Source: Lama glama (taxonomy: Eukaryota). Taken from it: 64,000 nt of DNA. This document shows positions 1-13,324 of this stretch, piece after piece. The notes beneath the pieces were generated by a model. The model saw nothing but the letters and a program-made list of their open reading frames with translations, was not told the DNA's origin and did not search any database. The stretch spans positions 47,432,001 through 47,496,000 of the forward strand of contig CM052818.1 of the NCBI GenBank assembly GCA_028534125.1. The letters run 5' to 3'. A program made the translations under genes and the position numbers. Position 1 is the stretch's first letter. Every line of letters starts with the position of its first letter.

Positions 1-315
1 TAAATTACCTGTAATTGTAACTAAGCTCTATGCTTCATGAGGTCTGGGTCTTGTCCATTTCACACCGATTTTTATTCTGTGTTGAGTTCAGAGCCAGGCA
101 CAGAAGCAAAATTGTTTTTCTCTGCACTTTTTTAGTGACCGTGAAGACAGATGCACGGTGCTATGTGAGACATTGGGATACAGAAAGTTGATCAATGAAT
201 CTGCGTTGGATGGATCAGTTTACGCTAGGACATTCCTGCCTATCCCATAGTTGCCGGAAGCAGGTGAAAGACGGAAATGAGGGGAAAAGGCACTTTCATT
301 TTCCCTTTGACTTAC

Positions 316-418
316 TTCTGTGGGACAGTTTCTGTGTGTTCGTTTCAGCACATAGGGGATAAGAGCTAAGAGAAGAGCTCTCGTTTGCTCCACACTGGGC
401 GCTGGCTACCTTTCCCAC
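316..418 (-). other. Candidate spliced exon (103 bp), probably non-coding or 5' UTR
   Basis: Minus-strand acceptor cctttacctgcttctccag|G (AG at 420-419) and donor GAA|GTAAGT (GT at 315-314). No recognisable protein in any frame. Confidence 0.3.
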
Positions 419-494
419 CTGGAGAAGCAGGTAAAGGGTCTGAAAAACTGACATCTTAAAGTAGTGAAATATGTTGAACCCCCACTCCACCTAA

Positions 495-610
495 CCCCTG
501 CCAATCTCTTTACAATGTAATCCATGCAAACACAGATTATGTTCATATAAAATTCCAGTTCTGCGCCGTGGCCAGAGTCACCAGAATCAGTCACTAAGGC
601 CAGAGTCGGT
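495..610 (+). promoter_or_regulatory. Possible TATA-type promoter or enhancer motif cluster
   Basis: CCAAT 501-505, TAATCC 518-523, ATGCAAA 524-530, GATTA 535-539, TATAAAA 546-552, and GGCCAGAGTC twice (570-579, 598-607) in non-repeat sequence. Confidence 0.25.
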
Positions 611-670
611 TTCAGCCATCGCAGCTGCTGGTTGGGTTTCTCCTACTCCTTCATCTTCTGGAAGCCTTAC

Positions 671-719
671 TGACACTCCCAGTTAATTCTGTTGGCAGTG
701 ACCTTGCTGTCCGTCAGCT
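671..719 (-). other. Candidate small exon (49 bp), non-coding
   Basis: Minus-strand acceptor tttgctttttctag|A (AG at 721-720) and donor TCA|GTAAGG (GT at 670-669). Confidence 0.2.
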
Positions 720-3700
720 CTAGAAAAAGCAAACGATACAGAAGCCTGAATAGATTAGAGAGTTTTGGGGGGAAAAATCTGCCTTTATTCCTAGGATAAT
801 TTACAGATTAATCACTTATTGCTTGCCTTATATTTCAAGCTGGAGACAAAAAATTAAAAAAACAAAAAACAAGCACATAGATTGTGAATTATTCAAAATT
901 TAAAATGTCTTTATCATTGGTTATTGTGTGAAAGTTCTTTTCTCTCTCTCTCTTTTTTTTTTTACTTCCTTCCTGCCTGCCTTCCCTCCTTCATCCCTTC
1001 CCTTTCCTTGTCTTTCTTTATCTCCCCTGTTTGATGCCGTGGGTTCTCTGTCTCTCTGTCTCTTTTGCTCTCGCCTTTCCTGTAAATCTGTTGAGGGGAT
1101 TTAGGGCACAACAAGAGCAGAGGACAAGTCAATTCAAATACCTCACTTCGCTGAGCTCGTGAAAATCCTGCTCAGGGGTTGCTGCCATAGAACACAGCTG
1201 ACTTTGTTTCACGAATCAAAACAGCTGAGAGAAAATGCTTCAAGTTGATTTTTTAAGTAAAACAAAAACAAAAATAAGGACCGTAAAGGTTAAAGTAACA
1301 CATTTACTAAAATAGGGATAAATGCGTAAATGATTCGATTTAACCCGCAAACCAGTTGGGTCACATAATGTTGTATGCATGTGTGCTCAGGGCGCTGTCC
1401 ACCCTGTCTCTTAGAAAGTTAATGATGCATTTCCTCAAGATAGAAAATGTTCTTTTTCAACATTTAAGTATAGGGCAGGTTATAGAATTGTTGTCAATGT
1501 TATTTTTAAGTTGAAAGTTATACAAAATATACATCTATAGAGTCTAAGAACATGTTTTCTTGGTCTCAGTCACTACCCAGTGGTATACAGCAACCTGGTG
1601 CTACTCCTGTACATAGCAGAAAGGAAAATTACCCCCTTAATATCATGCCTTTGTTCGTGGATATAAAGTATTCTAGAACATTGGTTGCCAAACAAGCTTT
1701 TGTTTTATGGCATATTTACTTTGAACATCTTTTAGTGCAATGAACACAGACACATGAAAATGTCTCCAACAAGATCACAGATTTCAGTAGTAATACGGAT
1801 GGTATTGAATTTCCCCAGGGTCTCGCCACATAATTTTCTTAGGATATTTTGAAATGAAATCATGAAGAAATGTTTTCATTTTTTAAGGTAATACATGAGT
1901 GTACATATAATAAATAAGAAAATAAGTACAAAGAACAGAAGCAGTGTACTACATTCATAGTTTAAAATAGATTTTAATTTTTTTCCTAAGAAGACACAGA
2001 AAGCCATTTGGAAAATACAATCTCCCAAAGCCCATCACCAGGGACTTGCCTTTGTTAGTATCTCACTGTTTTGTTTTGTTTTTTTCTCTCTACTGTTACA
2101 AATAATATGTCAGGAGGCACATTAGCATAAGACTCAGAATGAAGCAGCCCATTTCTCTGATCCCTGAAGATCCTAGGGATTGACAACTGCAGACAGATGG
2201 CCTGCAGTAAAGGCTCCAGGTCGAGGCCAGAACCTCTACCTGGGTGAAAATGCTCCTTGCCAGACTTCATCCGCACTTTCCCGTGATGCACTTCAAGAGT
2301 CTCTCTCTGCTGGAGATTTGATAGCAGGTACGTGGGGCTGTGGGTGGAAGACAGACGTGAGTCTGGCATGACAACCTTGAGGTGAGACCTGGGGACAGAC
2401 TTGGATGGAGCACTAGTATTCCGGTGGGCTGCATGTTGGCTGAGTCTGGTAGGCATGGCTGGGGGCAGTGTGGCTTCTGGTTCCTTGGCACAGGCATGTG
2501 CCAGTCTTGTTCTCTGCTTCAGTATTTCTTCCCCTATTAATCATAGAAGATCTGAGAGGCCTCACTTGCTTTAAAACAATTTTTTTAACTTAATGGCTAA
2601 TAATATAAAGAGGGATCATGTCATAAGATACAAAAATGGCTAGCAGAGTAAGTCAGAAATATGATCAAAGTCAATGACTTATGTAATTCCCTCTTCATGA
2701 TATAAGAATTTAGGAGAGTTCTGTATATCAATATATAAGGTCATAAGAAAGCTTCTAGCATCTTTTAAGGAAACTGTAATGCGAACTTTTAGGACCTGGC
2801 ATCAGTCCCCAGACTTTCTTATGGGATGGTTGAGGTACACAGATGATGAAGAAATAACCTAGAAATGAGTGTGTTTTCTACATTAAAACAAGGTAATATA
2901 TGTGAATCGCCTATAACAACGCTCAGCCATTGTAAACTCTCAATAATTGGCTGAATAACCATACACTATAGACTTCAGCACAAAGAAATCACTGGGCAAT
3001 GGTTTGTCTTTGTACATATGCATTTGCTGTTTGCTGTGCTCAGAATGTCCTTCTCTTCCATTATGTATTTGACTAATAGTCACATCTATTTAAAATCTCC
3101 TCTGGAAAGTCTTTCCTGACTTTCCAAGTGCCAGTCTTCAATATGCACAGACCTTCCCAACTTACATACTTCTCTTGAGTCTAGTGGTCAAAACATTATA
3201 TTCTATTTGGTTCTTAGTTGCTTTTACCCCATTATACTTAATTTTGTATATGGTTCAAGGTAGTACTGAATTTCTTCTTTTTTCCCATATCGATATCTAG
3301 TTGTTCCAGCATCACTTGCTAAAAAACATTTTTATTGTGCAAGTCATGCATTTAATAGAGAAAAACATGAAATGAAAGGAAAAAAAATGACGGTTGGAAA
3401 TCCATCAGTCTTGATATTTGCCATTTACCTTGGGTTTCTTTTATATTTATGAATATAACTCTTTCTTATTTTCATTTTCTATTTTCTCTCTTTTTCCTTC
3501 ATAACAACCCAACTTCTTTGGTTATAAAATTTTTAAAATTATGTTTTAATATTTGTGGAATAAGAATACACCTCACAATTGTTTTATAAAGAATAAATAC
3601 AATCTCTTTGAAGTCCATATAGAACAGGATGTGATTTGTCCTGGCTGGACCACTCTGAACTTAGCCATATGTAAAGGTTTCTACTTATTTTATTGCTACC

Positions 3701-3825
3701 TCAGCTGAGTTATTCTCACTAGAAGTGCCAACACAGTTAAAGTTTAAGTTAGCTTGAACATCTATTTGTCTGAAAAGTATTTTTTTTTAAGCATTGAAGC
3801 AAAATTCTGAGAACGCTTATTTTCA

Positions 3826-5720
3826 ACAGTGAAGGAGTACTTGGAATTGGTTGTATTCTTCAACCAAAAACAAGTAGAAAAAATAAACAAAATCTACAGA
3901 ATAACTCTTTCAGATATTGGCCAATGGACAAAGTATGACTATGATCCCTGATCAGGAAAACAAGGTTTCTCTCTGGAGGCATTTTATGGATCTTGTTGCA
4001 GCAAATGAGAAACCAAGCTGGTAAAACTATTGAATTGAGGGGGCAGAGGTGATAATTTGTGGAAGCTTAGGTGAATGAAATTTGGAAGGCAGTGCACCAG
4101 ACAGAAGGGACCTACTCAGACAAAGAGTTCCAAAATATATAGGGTGACTTCCTTGACTCTGTTGCTGTAGTCTAATTTCTGGATGCATAAAGTGAAATTT
4201 CACAAGCTGGATAAAGAAAAACAAAGAAACTGCAATCTAATCAATTTCCAAACATAATTGGAGGGCCAATTAACCAAAGTAAAGACCTTATTGAACACCT
4301 AGAGCAGCGATAGTAGAGACTCCAGAAGAATCACATCACATAGATAGAGTTATATTAGCCCTTGAGAAATGGTTTGTCCAGATGTGCCCTAACAAATCTT
4401 CAAATAAAGCTTAAAATAATCATTATGATCCCCAAATAATGTAAGTCCTTTCCAAAACAAAGTGAAATAATCTAAAGAAAACAATAAATTGTAACATCTG
4501 ATATTTAATAATATAATGTCACAATGTCCAGCCTCTAATCAAAAAATCACTAGCCTACAAGGAAGCAATAAACTGTGACACATAACCAGACCAAAAGAAT
4601 AAGCCAGTAAAAGTGAACCCAGCAATAACAGAAATGATGGGAACAGCTGACCAAAACTGTAAAACTGCTAGTATAAATATGCTCAAAGATTTAAAGGAAA
4701 GCATGAACACAATGATGTAGGAAATTATAGATTTGTAAAGAAATCAAATGTAATTTCTGAAGCTGAAAATTATTATAAATGAAAAAGTCAGTGAATGATC
4801 TTACTTGCAAATTAAATACTTTTGAAGAAAAAAAATCAAAGAATTTAAAAATCGGCAATAGAAATTATACAAATTGAAGCACAGGCATAAGAAAATGCTG
4901 AAAAATTTTAAAAGAAGCTCAGTACCCTGTAGGACAATAAAAAAAAATGGTCTCACATAAGGAATTTTGTGTTCCAGAATGGTGACAGAAAAAAAAATAC
5001 TTTAACGAAAAATTAATACAAATTTTCAAATTTTGATGAAAAATTTAAATCTGTACTGTACGTACCTAAAGATATCAGATTAAGCCCAACTAAAAAAAAA
5101 AATTGTTCAAACATTAAAACATAATGCTACATACACATACACCAAGAGGTTATAAAAGGTTTATTACTCACATAATAAGGCATCTGGCAAGTATAAGCCA
5201 ATGTTCTTAAGCTAGTCTGAAAAATGGCTTGAGAGAACAGGAAAAGAAAGGAGAATGATTTGGGGTTTTTATTGTGGTTAGGGAGCAGGGTGGGGTGAGA
5301 GTTCACTAAAAGAGCAGCACTTGGCCTTTCTTATCAACTTTTCCAGAATTGTGCAGAGGGGAAGATGGAGGAGTGGGGCTTAAAAGCTTTCAACACTCCA
5401 ACATCAGAAAATGGAGTCAGACTATTTGTTACAACCCACAAAGCCAAGACACTTAAGAAAACCCAAGCAGGATGAGTACAAAGCAAACCATACCAAAGCA
5501 CATCATAATCAAATTACTGCAGTACAATTTGAGAAAGGGAAAAGTTTTAAAGAGCAAATAAAGAAAAGCACATATTATACGGACAAAGATAAGAGTGACT
5601 ACAGACTTCTTGTCTGAAACAATGCAAGATAGTATACAATGGGCCAAGATTTTTAAGAAGCCACATAAGAAAAAAAAAAAAACCCTAAAATCCTCTTTAT
5701 AGTTAAGGCTCCTTAAAAAA
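3826..5720 (+). mobile_element. Ancient L1M 5' region / ORF1 remnant, interrupted by a solo LTR
   Basis: A-rich degenerate ORF1 motifs such as atatgctcaaagatttaaaggaaagcatgaac, caatagaaattatacaaattgaagcacag and acccaagcaggat...cacatcataatcaaattactg. Many stops and frameshifts. Confidence 0.8.
5104..5433 (-). mobile_element. Solo LTR of an endogenous retrovirus nested in L1 ORF1
   Basis: TG...CA termini. The minus strand starts tgtaacaaatagtctgactccatttt and has a TATA-like ataaaaacccc followed by AATAAA (plus-strand tttatt near 5160). L1 ORF1 homology resumes at 5434. Confidence 0.65.
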
Positions 5721-6309
5721 ATGAGAGCACATAAAAATGTAGCTCTGTTTTAAGGAATATCTAAGTACAATTATGCATGACCTATCTTCCTACAAATGAC
5801 AAGAATAAACTCTGAATGTAATGCAAAATGCAGCTATCTGAAGGCATTGGAGTTAATAGGAGTATTCAGATTTGGAAGGGGAGTATATAGCAAATGGAGA
5901 GAATTATGCACAGTAGAGTTGCAATTATGGCTTTTAGAATGGTGAGATCAGATGCAAATAGAGAAAGAGAAGGAGAAGAAGAAAACCAAGAAGGAAAGTA
6001 GCCAGCTACAGAGCCCCCAGATTTTGTCTGCACACATCTCTGTCTGGAGCAGATTCAAAGTAGATCAGGTACAAAAAAAAAAAAAAGTTTGTCATTTGGG
6101 ATCAGAGTTAAAGAAAAGAAAAATTTTCATCTTGATTTCAGTCAAGATAATTGCCCACCAAAACAAAACAAATGATACATTTAGGAAAAAAAAAACCTAG
6201 CAAACCCCAGAATTTATACAACTCATATTCATAATATCTAAAATAGGCCCCCAGCTATCTGATCAGGAAAACAAATAAAAGACGTAAATTTCTAGTATCT
6301 GAAATTCTA

Positions 6310-6910
6310 AAAAGTGACATTATCAAAGATACTGCAGAAAGTAAAAGGATGATAAGGAATTACCATGAGTAATTTATGCCAGTAAATTTAACAAATTAGA
6401 TAAAATGGGAAACTTTCTTAAAGGATACTGATTTTAAATGAGTAGCCTAAGCGGAAAATTTTAAAAATTAGTAGACTTCTATTAATTAAAGAAATTGTAT
6501 TCATAATTAAAACCTTCTGAAAAAGAAAAACACTGGCCCAGATGGCACCACTGGTGAATCCTATCCAAAATTTAAGGAAAAAGTTGTTGCTAATTATTGC
6601 TACAAAAATTCTTTCAAAAAATAAAGGAGGAGGAAACTTTCTAATTCATTTTATGAAGCCAGAATTGCTCTGCATAAAAACTAGACTAAGGCATTAGAAG
6701 AACTGAAAAATTCATTATGTACAGATACCACACACTTCACAAAGTATTACCAAGTTGAATATATACAACATGTCTTGGGTAAGCAGGATTTATCAAAGAA
6801 ATTCAAGGTTGGTTTAACATCCAAAAATAAATCAGTACAATACATCGTATTGGCAGAACAAAGCACATGATCTTCTCAATAGATGCAAAGAACATTTGAC
6901 ACAAATCAAC
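6310..6910 (+). mobile_element. Degenerate L1 ORF2 (RT N-terminal) fragment
   Basis: ggcccagatggcaccactggtgaatcctat (GPDG-x-TGE) and aattcattttatgaagccagaatt (NSFYEA-x-I) motifs, broken by frameshifts. Confidence 0.85.
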
Positions 6911-7399
6911 ACCAATAGAAAGTTACAAACAAATCAAGAGTGACGTCAACTCTGACATGGATGCTGGAATGATAAAAGGAGAGGCAGAAATTAGACAACA
7001 GATGGAAAAGTAGGTCAAGCAGGAATGGCGAGAGGGTCAGGGCTGAGGAAAGGGATTTAGAGAAGGTGAAAGAGAAATCAGAGTTGAGCAAGGAGCAAAG
7101 AAAACAGAGGAAAAAATTTAAGAGTTTGAGAGAAAAGTGAGAGAAATGAGAGCAAATCATACTAACAGAGTGTAAGAGGCATCTAAGAAACTTAAAGACT
7201 GAAAAAAAGAACCTAAGGACTCTGGTTTGCATATCCTTAGGGATTTTTGTTTTCATTTCATAAAAATTGTATTTCCTATTATGCCATTTATTCACCACTG
7301 TAATAGAAAGTAAGGCACTGATGGTTTGTATTTTCTAATATACAATTTCTTAGGTTCCATTATCCTAATAATACTGTCACAGGCTCATGGAACCTAGAG

Positions 7400-7590
7400 C
7401 ACTGTTTCTCAAAGTATGGTCTCCAGACTTTTAACTTCAAAACCATGTGGTTGCTGTGGTTAGAGTTCCAGGTCCTTGTGTCCCTTCCCATACATCCTGA
7501 CTCAGAACCCCTGGGGTGCAACCTTGGAGTTTAAATTTTAACCTGCACCCCATGTGATTCCAATGCACACTAACATCTGAAGAAGCCATT
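7400..7590. mobile_element. MER5-like hAT-Charlie MITE
   Basis: Starts cactgtttctcaaagtatggtc and ends tgattccaatgcacactaacatctgaagaagcc, resembling the MER5 termini. About 190 bp. Confidence 0.7.
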
Positions 7591-8497
7591 TAAACACTTA
7601 AAAACACATTGAAAATATTATTTAAAAAACCAAAGCACTTAATGATCTCCTTCAAGGATTTCTGCCATCTGACCTATAAGTTACACAAAGTGGAAGTTAG
7701 ACTTCAGGCATTATTGCGTGAGCACACTAACTCCAGGGCTGTGTACATGTTCCTGTGTCCTCCCATCTTCTAAGCTCAAGGTCCTTCCCCAGCACCATCT
7801 GCTGCACAAATCCAGCTGAGAGTGATCACTTCTCCTCTGAGCTCCTGTGACGTCACTGCCTGTGCCCGCTCTCCAAACCCGCCGTAGACATGAGTCAGAT
7901 CTGCTTAGGTGTCATGTGTGTTCGCTTACTCTCTCGTCTCTCGAGGCTCCTGCAACACAGGAAGTTAGCCCCATTGTTCTGTGTCTGCCTGACTCCCTGT
8001 TCAACATCAGTGCTTGGGAACAGCTGATTGATGGTGATGGACAGCAGATCATCAGTGGGCATTGTTAGCTATTCTGTTTACAGAATCTTGGTGATGCTTG
8101 ATACAACTCACCAAGGCTCTCCACCCAGACACTTGGGCAGTTCTCTGCAGCTTCTCCCCTTTGTCCCAGTCAAGTAGATTTTAATTCTCAAGTATCTTGC
8201 AAATCCATCCTCTACATGCCATCTTCATGCTGTTACCTCTGTTCAGTCCTCATTATCTCTCATCAGAATTACAAATTTCTACCTCCTCTCGCCTCCAGTC
8301 CCTCCAAGCTTCTCCCTGCCAATCCTATCTATGCAATAGCTAGAAAAAGTATCATTGAAAATATTCATATGGTGAAGTCACTCCCCTGTTTAACGTGCTA
8401 CAAGCACTCCCACTTGTCTGCATATGACAGAGGCATGGTCCCTGCCTGATGCTGGACTTTTTGTCCTGACTCCACAGCTCCAGGTTATGCAGTGTCC

Positions 8498-8760
8498 TAG
8501 CAATGTGGCATTAAGAGCTCGTTTCTAAAATGAAAAAGAATCCTGAGTTTGAATCCTACTTCCATTACTCATTAGCTGTTAGACTTGAACAAGTTATTTT
8601 AATTCTCAAACCTCAGTTTTATCAGATACAATATGGGAATAATCAGAGTATTTGTCTCATAAGTTTGTCACAAAGAATATAAGAAATAGTGCATACAGAG
8701 CACTTAACCCGGGACCTGGTACATAGCCCATGATGGATAAATACTAGTTATTATTATTAC
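8498..8760 (+). mobile_element. Near full-length MIR SINE
   Basis: tRNA-like head (ttaagagc...gagtttgaatcc), core (acttgaacaagttatttt...cctcagtttt) and L2-like tail (cctggtacatag...tattattatt). Confidence 0.85.
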
Positions 8761-11609
8761 TTCTTGCCTTTGTGTCCCTGTGCAGTTCCTTCTGGTGAGG
8801 AAACTGTCTCTCTCCCTCTCTCTCTCTCTCTTTTTTTTCCCTTGGTTTCCATTCAACCAACTCCTGCTTTCTCTGAGAAAGGTATTGATCATTCAGTCTT
8901 GACCGCCCAGTCACCACTAGGTGTTTGGTATTCAGTGCTCGATTCTCTAACTCACTACAGTATAACTGCGTTAAAATATGTGTCTTCCTGAGAAACAGTG
9001 AGGGGCGGGTCCCACTGAATTGACTTCTGTACCTCCAGAAATTACAACAGTGATGCCGCAACTTTCCATCGTCCATCAGTTGGTTGAAGGAGTGAAGGAC
9101 TGGCCATGAAGTTTCACTGCATAGCTACCAAAGGCCCCTTCCATCTCTTCAAATACATTTACAGTAGCATTAAAACATAGGGGATTTCCAGAGCAGAGGG
9201 AAAATAATCATTTATTTCTTTCAAAATACAGCTGAACTGGAGGGATGGATGAGTAGAGAGGCAATAGTCAGAGTGAATCTCTACATATTGTCTGGTCCAT
9301 AGAGATCGCAACCATCTCTTCCAGTGGGCCCCACACCGTCAAGTACTCTACTCCTGTGTGTGTCATGGGGGATGATATCCTTGGTTGGAGGATGCAGACG
9401 GAAGTGAGAATCCTACCACAGTTCCAGCTTGGAGGAAGCTGCTGTCCAGCTTGTGCAAGAGGCTCGCCTCTAAGGCTCATCTTTGTAACTGGAGCACAGA
9501 AAACTGTGCTAAGCTTTTCCTATTGTAGGTTGTCTAACACGTTGGACCATGACAATTTTGGGAACTGTGTTTACCGCCCAGTTTGGAGCAATGTGTTAGG
9601 TTAAAAGACCTATTGTTTGTGACTTGGAAGCATGGGTTTCCCAGGCCTCTGCAAGCAGGCAATCCTCTGAAAACAGCTTTTGTCTAGTGCCACGCTGCAA
9701 TCACTTGCCTCATTGTTGAAATTCAGTTTGAGAAAAAAAAAGAAAAGAAAGAAAGAAAAGGAATTGTCATCTGCAGCTGCAAACTTCAAAATCTTCTGGG
9801 GCTCAAGATGCATTAGAATTGCTGAAGCTGTTAGAAGAATCTTTACTCATTGTTGTTGGACTTTTCCACCTTCAGTTCACTTCTCAAGTCCTCTCAAATC
9901 CCATAAGGATTATGCTTTTTGTTATCTAAGCCATATCATAGAATCTATGGTTTTTTAGCCATGAAGCAGATTAATAAAAAATAAATAAATAAAAATAAAT
10001 CCAGCATGAGTTTCTCAAATTACTGATTGCTCCCTTATAAATGGTTTCACATTTTCGCAAATAACTAGATTTCATGGGAGTTTTTGAAGACTGTTAACTG
10101 GTATCTCAGCCAGCTAAGCCCTAGCCAAAATATTTTAATTGCACACCAGACCCTTCTCCTCGCTGTCATGGTAATTGTAGATTTCCCTAATTGAGAATCT
10201 GTGGGTGGGTATCTGCCCCGGAAGCCTAGTATGTGTCAAGACATCTGGTTTGCTAACCATCACACTGCCTTTCAGATTGACTTAACTGCAATCACCACTT
10301 CTCCCTGGGACCTTCCACTCAAATTCAGGGTTGCTCAGATCTGGAGCTGGCTGGCTACAGTGTTAGGGAAACGTGCAAAGAGGAGTGTTACTTTGCTGGG
10401 TCTTGCATTTGTAATATATTTTGGCTGTTGCAGGGTAATTGTTATAATGATCCAACCTGCAAGCTATGCCAATCCATTAGTAATTTTTTTTTAAAATAAT
10501 GATTCTAAGGAATGGAATGTTTTGTTGCATAGAATATGCCTGTCAACTTCCAGAACAGCTGAGAGTGTTTGGATAAGCAGGTTCAAAGGCACACAGAGTC
10601 CTCACAAGTCCTCACATGTCCTCCCTATCTTGCAGTTTGCCAGGATGGCTGCAGACCTCAGAACACACTAGGACAATATTCAATGCAAATAAGTTTATTT
10701 TTATTTAGCCAAAAGACATTAATTTTATTATTGAGCTAAAAAATAAAATTTTAGACTAGAATAAAACTGTATTTATTTTCTGTTGCTCTGTCTGTGTGAC
10801 ATCGAGCAAATTATTTAATATCCTTTCCCCTCACTTCTTTCACCTGCAATGGGGAAAAATGTGTCTCCCTCAAGCCTTTAGATGGAGCGGGGAAAGAGGT
10901 GAAAATGCCCTACATCGTTCCTGACGCACAGCAGTTCCCAGAGAACGGTGCTTCCTTCTCTATTGCTTGGAAGTTCTACCTCATTGAATAAATATGTTCC
11001 TATCACTTGAAAGTAAAGTAATTAACAATTTAGGTTCCAGTCTTCTGAAATGACCTAATGTAAACCAGGGCAGAAGTGGTGGGAAAGTTGAAAAGGGTGG
11101 ATTCAATGACCATGCAATACACATTTTCCTCCCTCAATTAGCCATCCAATGTGCAAACGACCGCTCTCTTTGAGGAAATCCTAGAAAATAAATAGCTATG
11201 AGGCGAACTGCTGTAGAGCCACAGAAACGTTCACGCACGCTCACCACAGAAGTGGAATCCCCAGCATGTAAGCCTAATATCCTAACAAAATGCAGAATCT
11301 CATCAAATAGAAACATTTAAAAGTTCTTCAATGAAAACGCTGATCAAGTGTGTTTTCCTGGTCTCTGTGGGTATTCTAGGAAACCACTTACAGAGCTTTG
11401 TAGAGAGAATCGTAGGCAGTAGATCACAGAATGGGACAGATGACCCATGGAAGTTGATGCTAAACAAGCTAATGCCTTGGCTTCATCAATGCTATTGCAC
11501 ATTGTTTTTGCCTTCCGATTCTATAACTTTGACAACAAATTTCATGCAGTTGCATTGTTCCTTGCCAACTCCCCTCAGAAAAGAAAGTCACTCAACAGAG
11601 GTATAAAAA

Positions 11610-12090
11610 AATGATCAAATACTCATCAACAGTTAAAATTAACAAAGAAGTGTTATATGCATCAATAGCAAAAATCTCGAAAGCATGTTGCTATAGCAAA
11701 AAAATACTGTATACTGGAAGAAAATGCATATGCAATCTGATAGCACCTATAAAATGTTTTCCAACCTACAAAAATATTTTTAAATTTTTCATGATAAATA
11801 GTAACTCTTTAAATACTAGTCTAGGAGTATAAACACCAAACACATCTAGTGACTATCTCTATGGGAGAATCAGGGGAACAGAATTCAACTGCAGTCCACA
11901 GGCACCTCACCAGCTGTATAATGTCTATAAATCCACACACACACAAAATCACCTGTAGCATATATGGCAGAGGGCAGCCATTTAATAAAGTTGGGAGTGA
12001 TACATGGGGGTTCATTTTATTTTTCTGTAACTAAATGCTTATAATATTCCATAAAACAGGATAAAGTAAGTATTATTTTTAAGAAATGAA
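11610..12090 (+). mobile_element. Old L1ME-like 3' end remnant
   Basis: aatactcatcaacagttaaaa...aaatctcgaaagcatgttg and tataaacaccaaa...gtgactatctct resemble L1ME 3' sequence. Confidence 0.5.
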
Positions 12091-12825
12091 AAATGAGATT
12101 TTACTTTAGTTGCTAAAAGAAGTATGAAAAACTCTCTTTTCTGCTGTGATTATAACACACTGATCTGTTCATTACATGTCCTGCTAAATCGACCTGGAGG
12201 CTGCCCCCTTGCCTCCCAAGAGCACATGATCCACTCCAAGGAAACTGGGTAAATGTATCTGGGGGTTGAAAGCTATCTTTAGCATGGCAGTCAGGATTCA
12301 CTGCGATCCAGCGCAGATCTCCTCTTTGGACCCCAAGCCTGTCAACTGTCATCTAGGACCTGCTGAGTCTCGTGGAACTGGTCACTGGCATCACAAACTC
12401 TTTGACACCTTCGTGCCTTAGCCCGAAGTTCCACCTCTTCTATTTCTGTCACCGTTGCCACCCACTCAATGGCAGGGCCACACTGTGCGTTAGCCCTTCG
12501 GAGGAGACAAGGGCAGGTGGGTTCTTCCATCTCAGTGCACCCCTCGCTGTACAAAGACACGTGGGGCCCTTAGCTTGACGCACTCTAGCTGTCTGTTTAC
12601 TCACGCATCTGCTCTTCTGCTCTCTGTGCTGTGAGAGTCTCACCAGCTGGGCCCTTATTTGTCCGTCTGACCACAGGCTGGCCGTATAATAATGGGTGAT
12701 GTTTAGATGCTGAGCAAAGTGATGTGTGCACGAGATGTTGATCCTGCTCTGATGACTCTTCAAAAGGTGATAATCCTGGAGGTTTGCTATTGTGTACATC
12801 ACCGACAGGTTTCAATTTTAAAAAA

Positions 12826-13310
12826 TGCACGCGTTTGAACGAGTTAAAGCGCTAAGAACGACAGCTGGTACGTGGCGAGCGCGGCGCTGCGGAGGCGTGG
12901 TGTTACCGGTCGGGCAGCGCTGGGCACCTGATTTGGGACTGCCCGGCTGGAGCTTTAGGCGTCCCTGCTCTTTGGTGCAGCCCCTGAATGTCCTGCCTGT
13001 CAGTGGCCGCGTGAGGACAGCAGCGATCCCAAGAGCAGGCTTTGGAGGCAAAGCCGGGCGAGGCTGGGAGACACGGATCCTCCCCAACGCAGCCTCAGCC
13101 GCTCCGGCTGTGAGGCTAATTCTTACCTTCAGGAGTTATTCTGGGGACGGTCGGGACAGCGCCGCTGAAGGTCCCAGCACGGACATCACTCACAAGCAGC
13201 GGATAGGTAGCCAGCTCACTGCGATTCCGCCGCCCCACGTGGAGGGAGCACCTGGCAGCAGCGCCACCTCTGGTGTGGACAAGTTGGTGTTTCTCCCAGT
13301 GAGCTAACTA
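12826..13310. promoter_or_regulatory. CpG-island-like segment and candidate promoter
   Basis: Roughly 35-40 CpGs counted by eye in about 450 bp. GC box CCGCCCC 13230-13236 abuts E-box CACGTG 13236-13241. Strong minus-strand donor AAG|GTAAGA at 13127/13126. Confidence 0.6.
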
Positions 13311-13324
13311 CGACCCACTGGAAA

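Noticed and set aside
6960..7210. Purine-rich stretch with a 130-aa antisense ORF
   Set aside because: Low-complexity GA-rich DNA gives an F/L/S-rich chance ORF.
12113..12830. Overlapping ORFs that superficially resemble a retrocopy
   Set aside because: No recognisable parent protein, poly(A) tail or TSD. Part of it (about 12580-12720) resembles a decayed L2 3' end.
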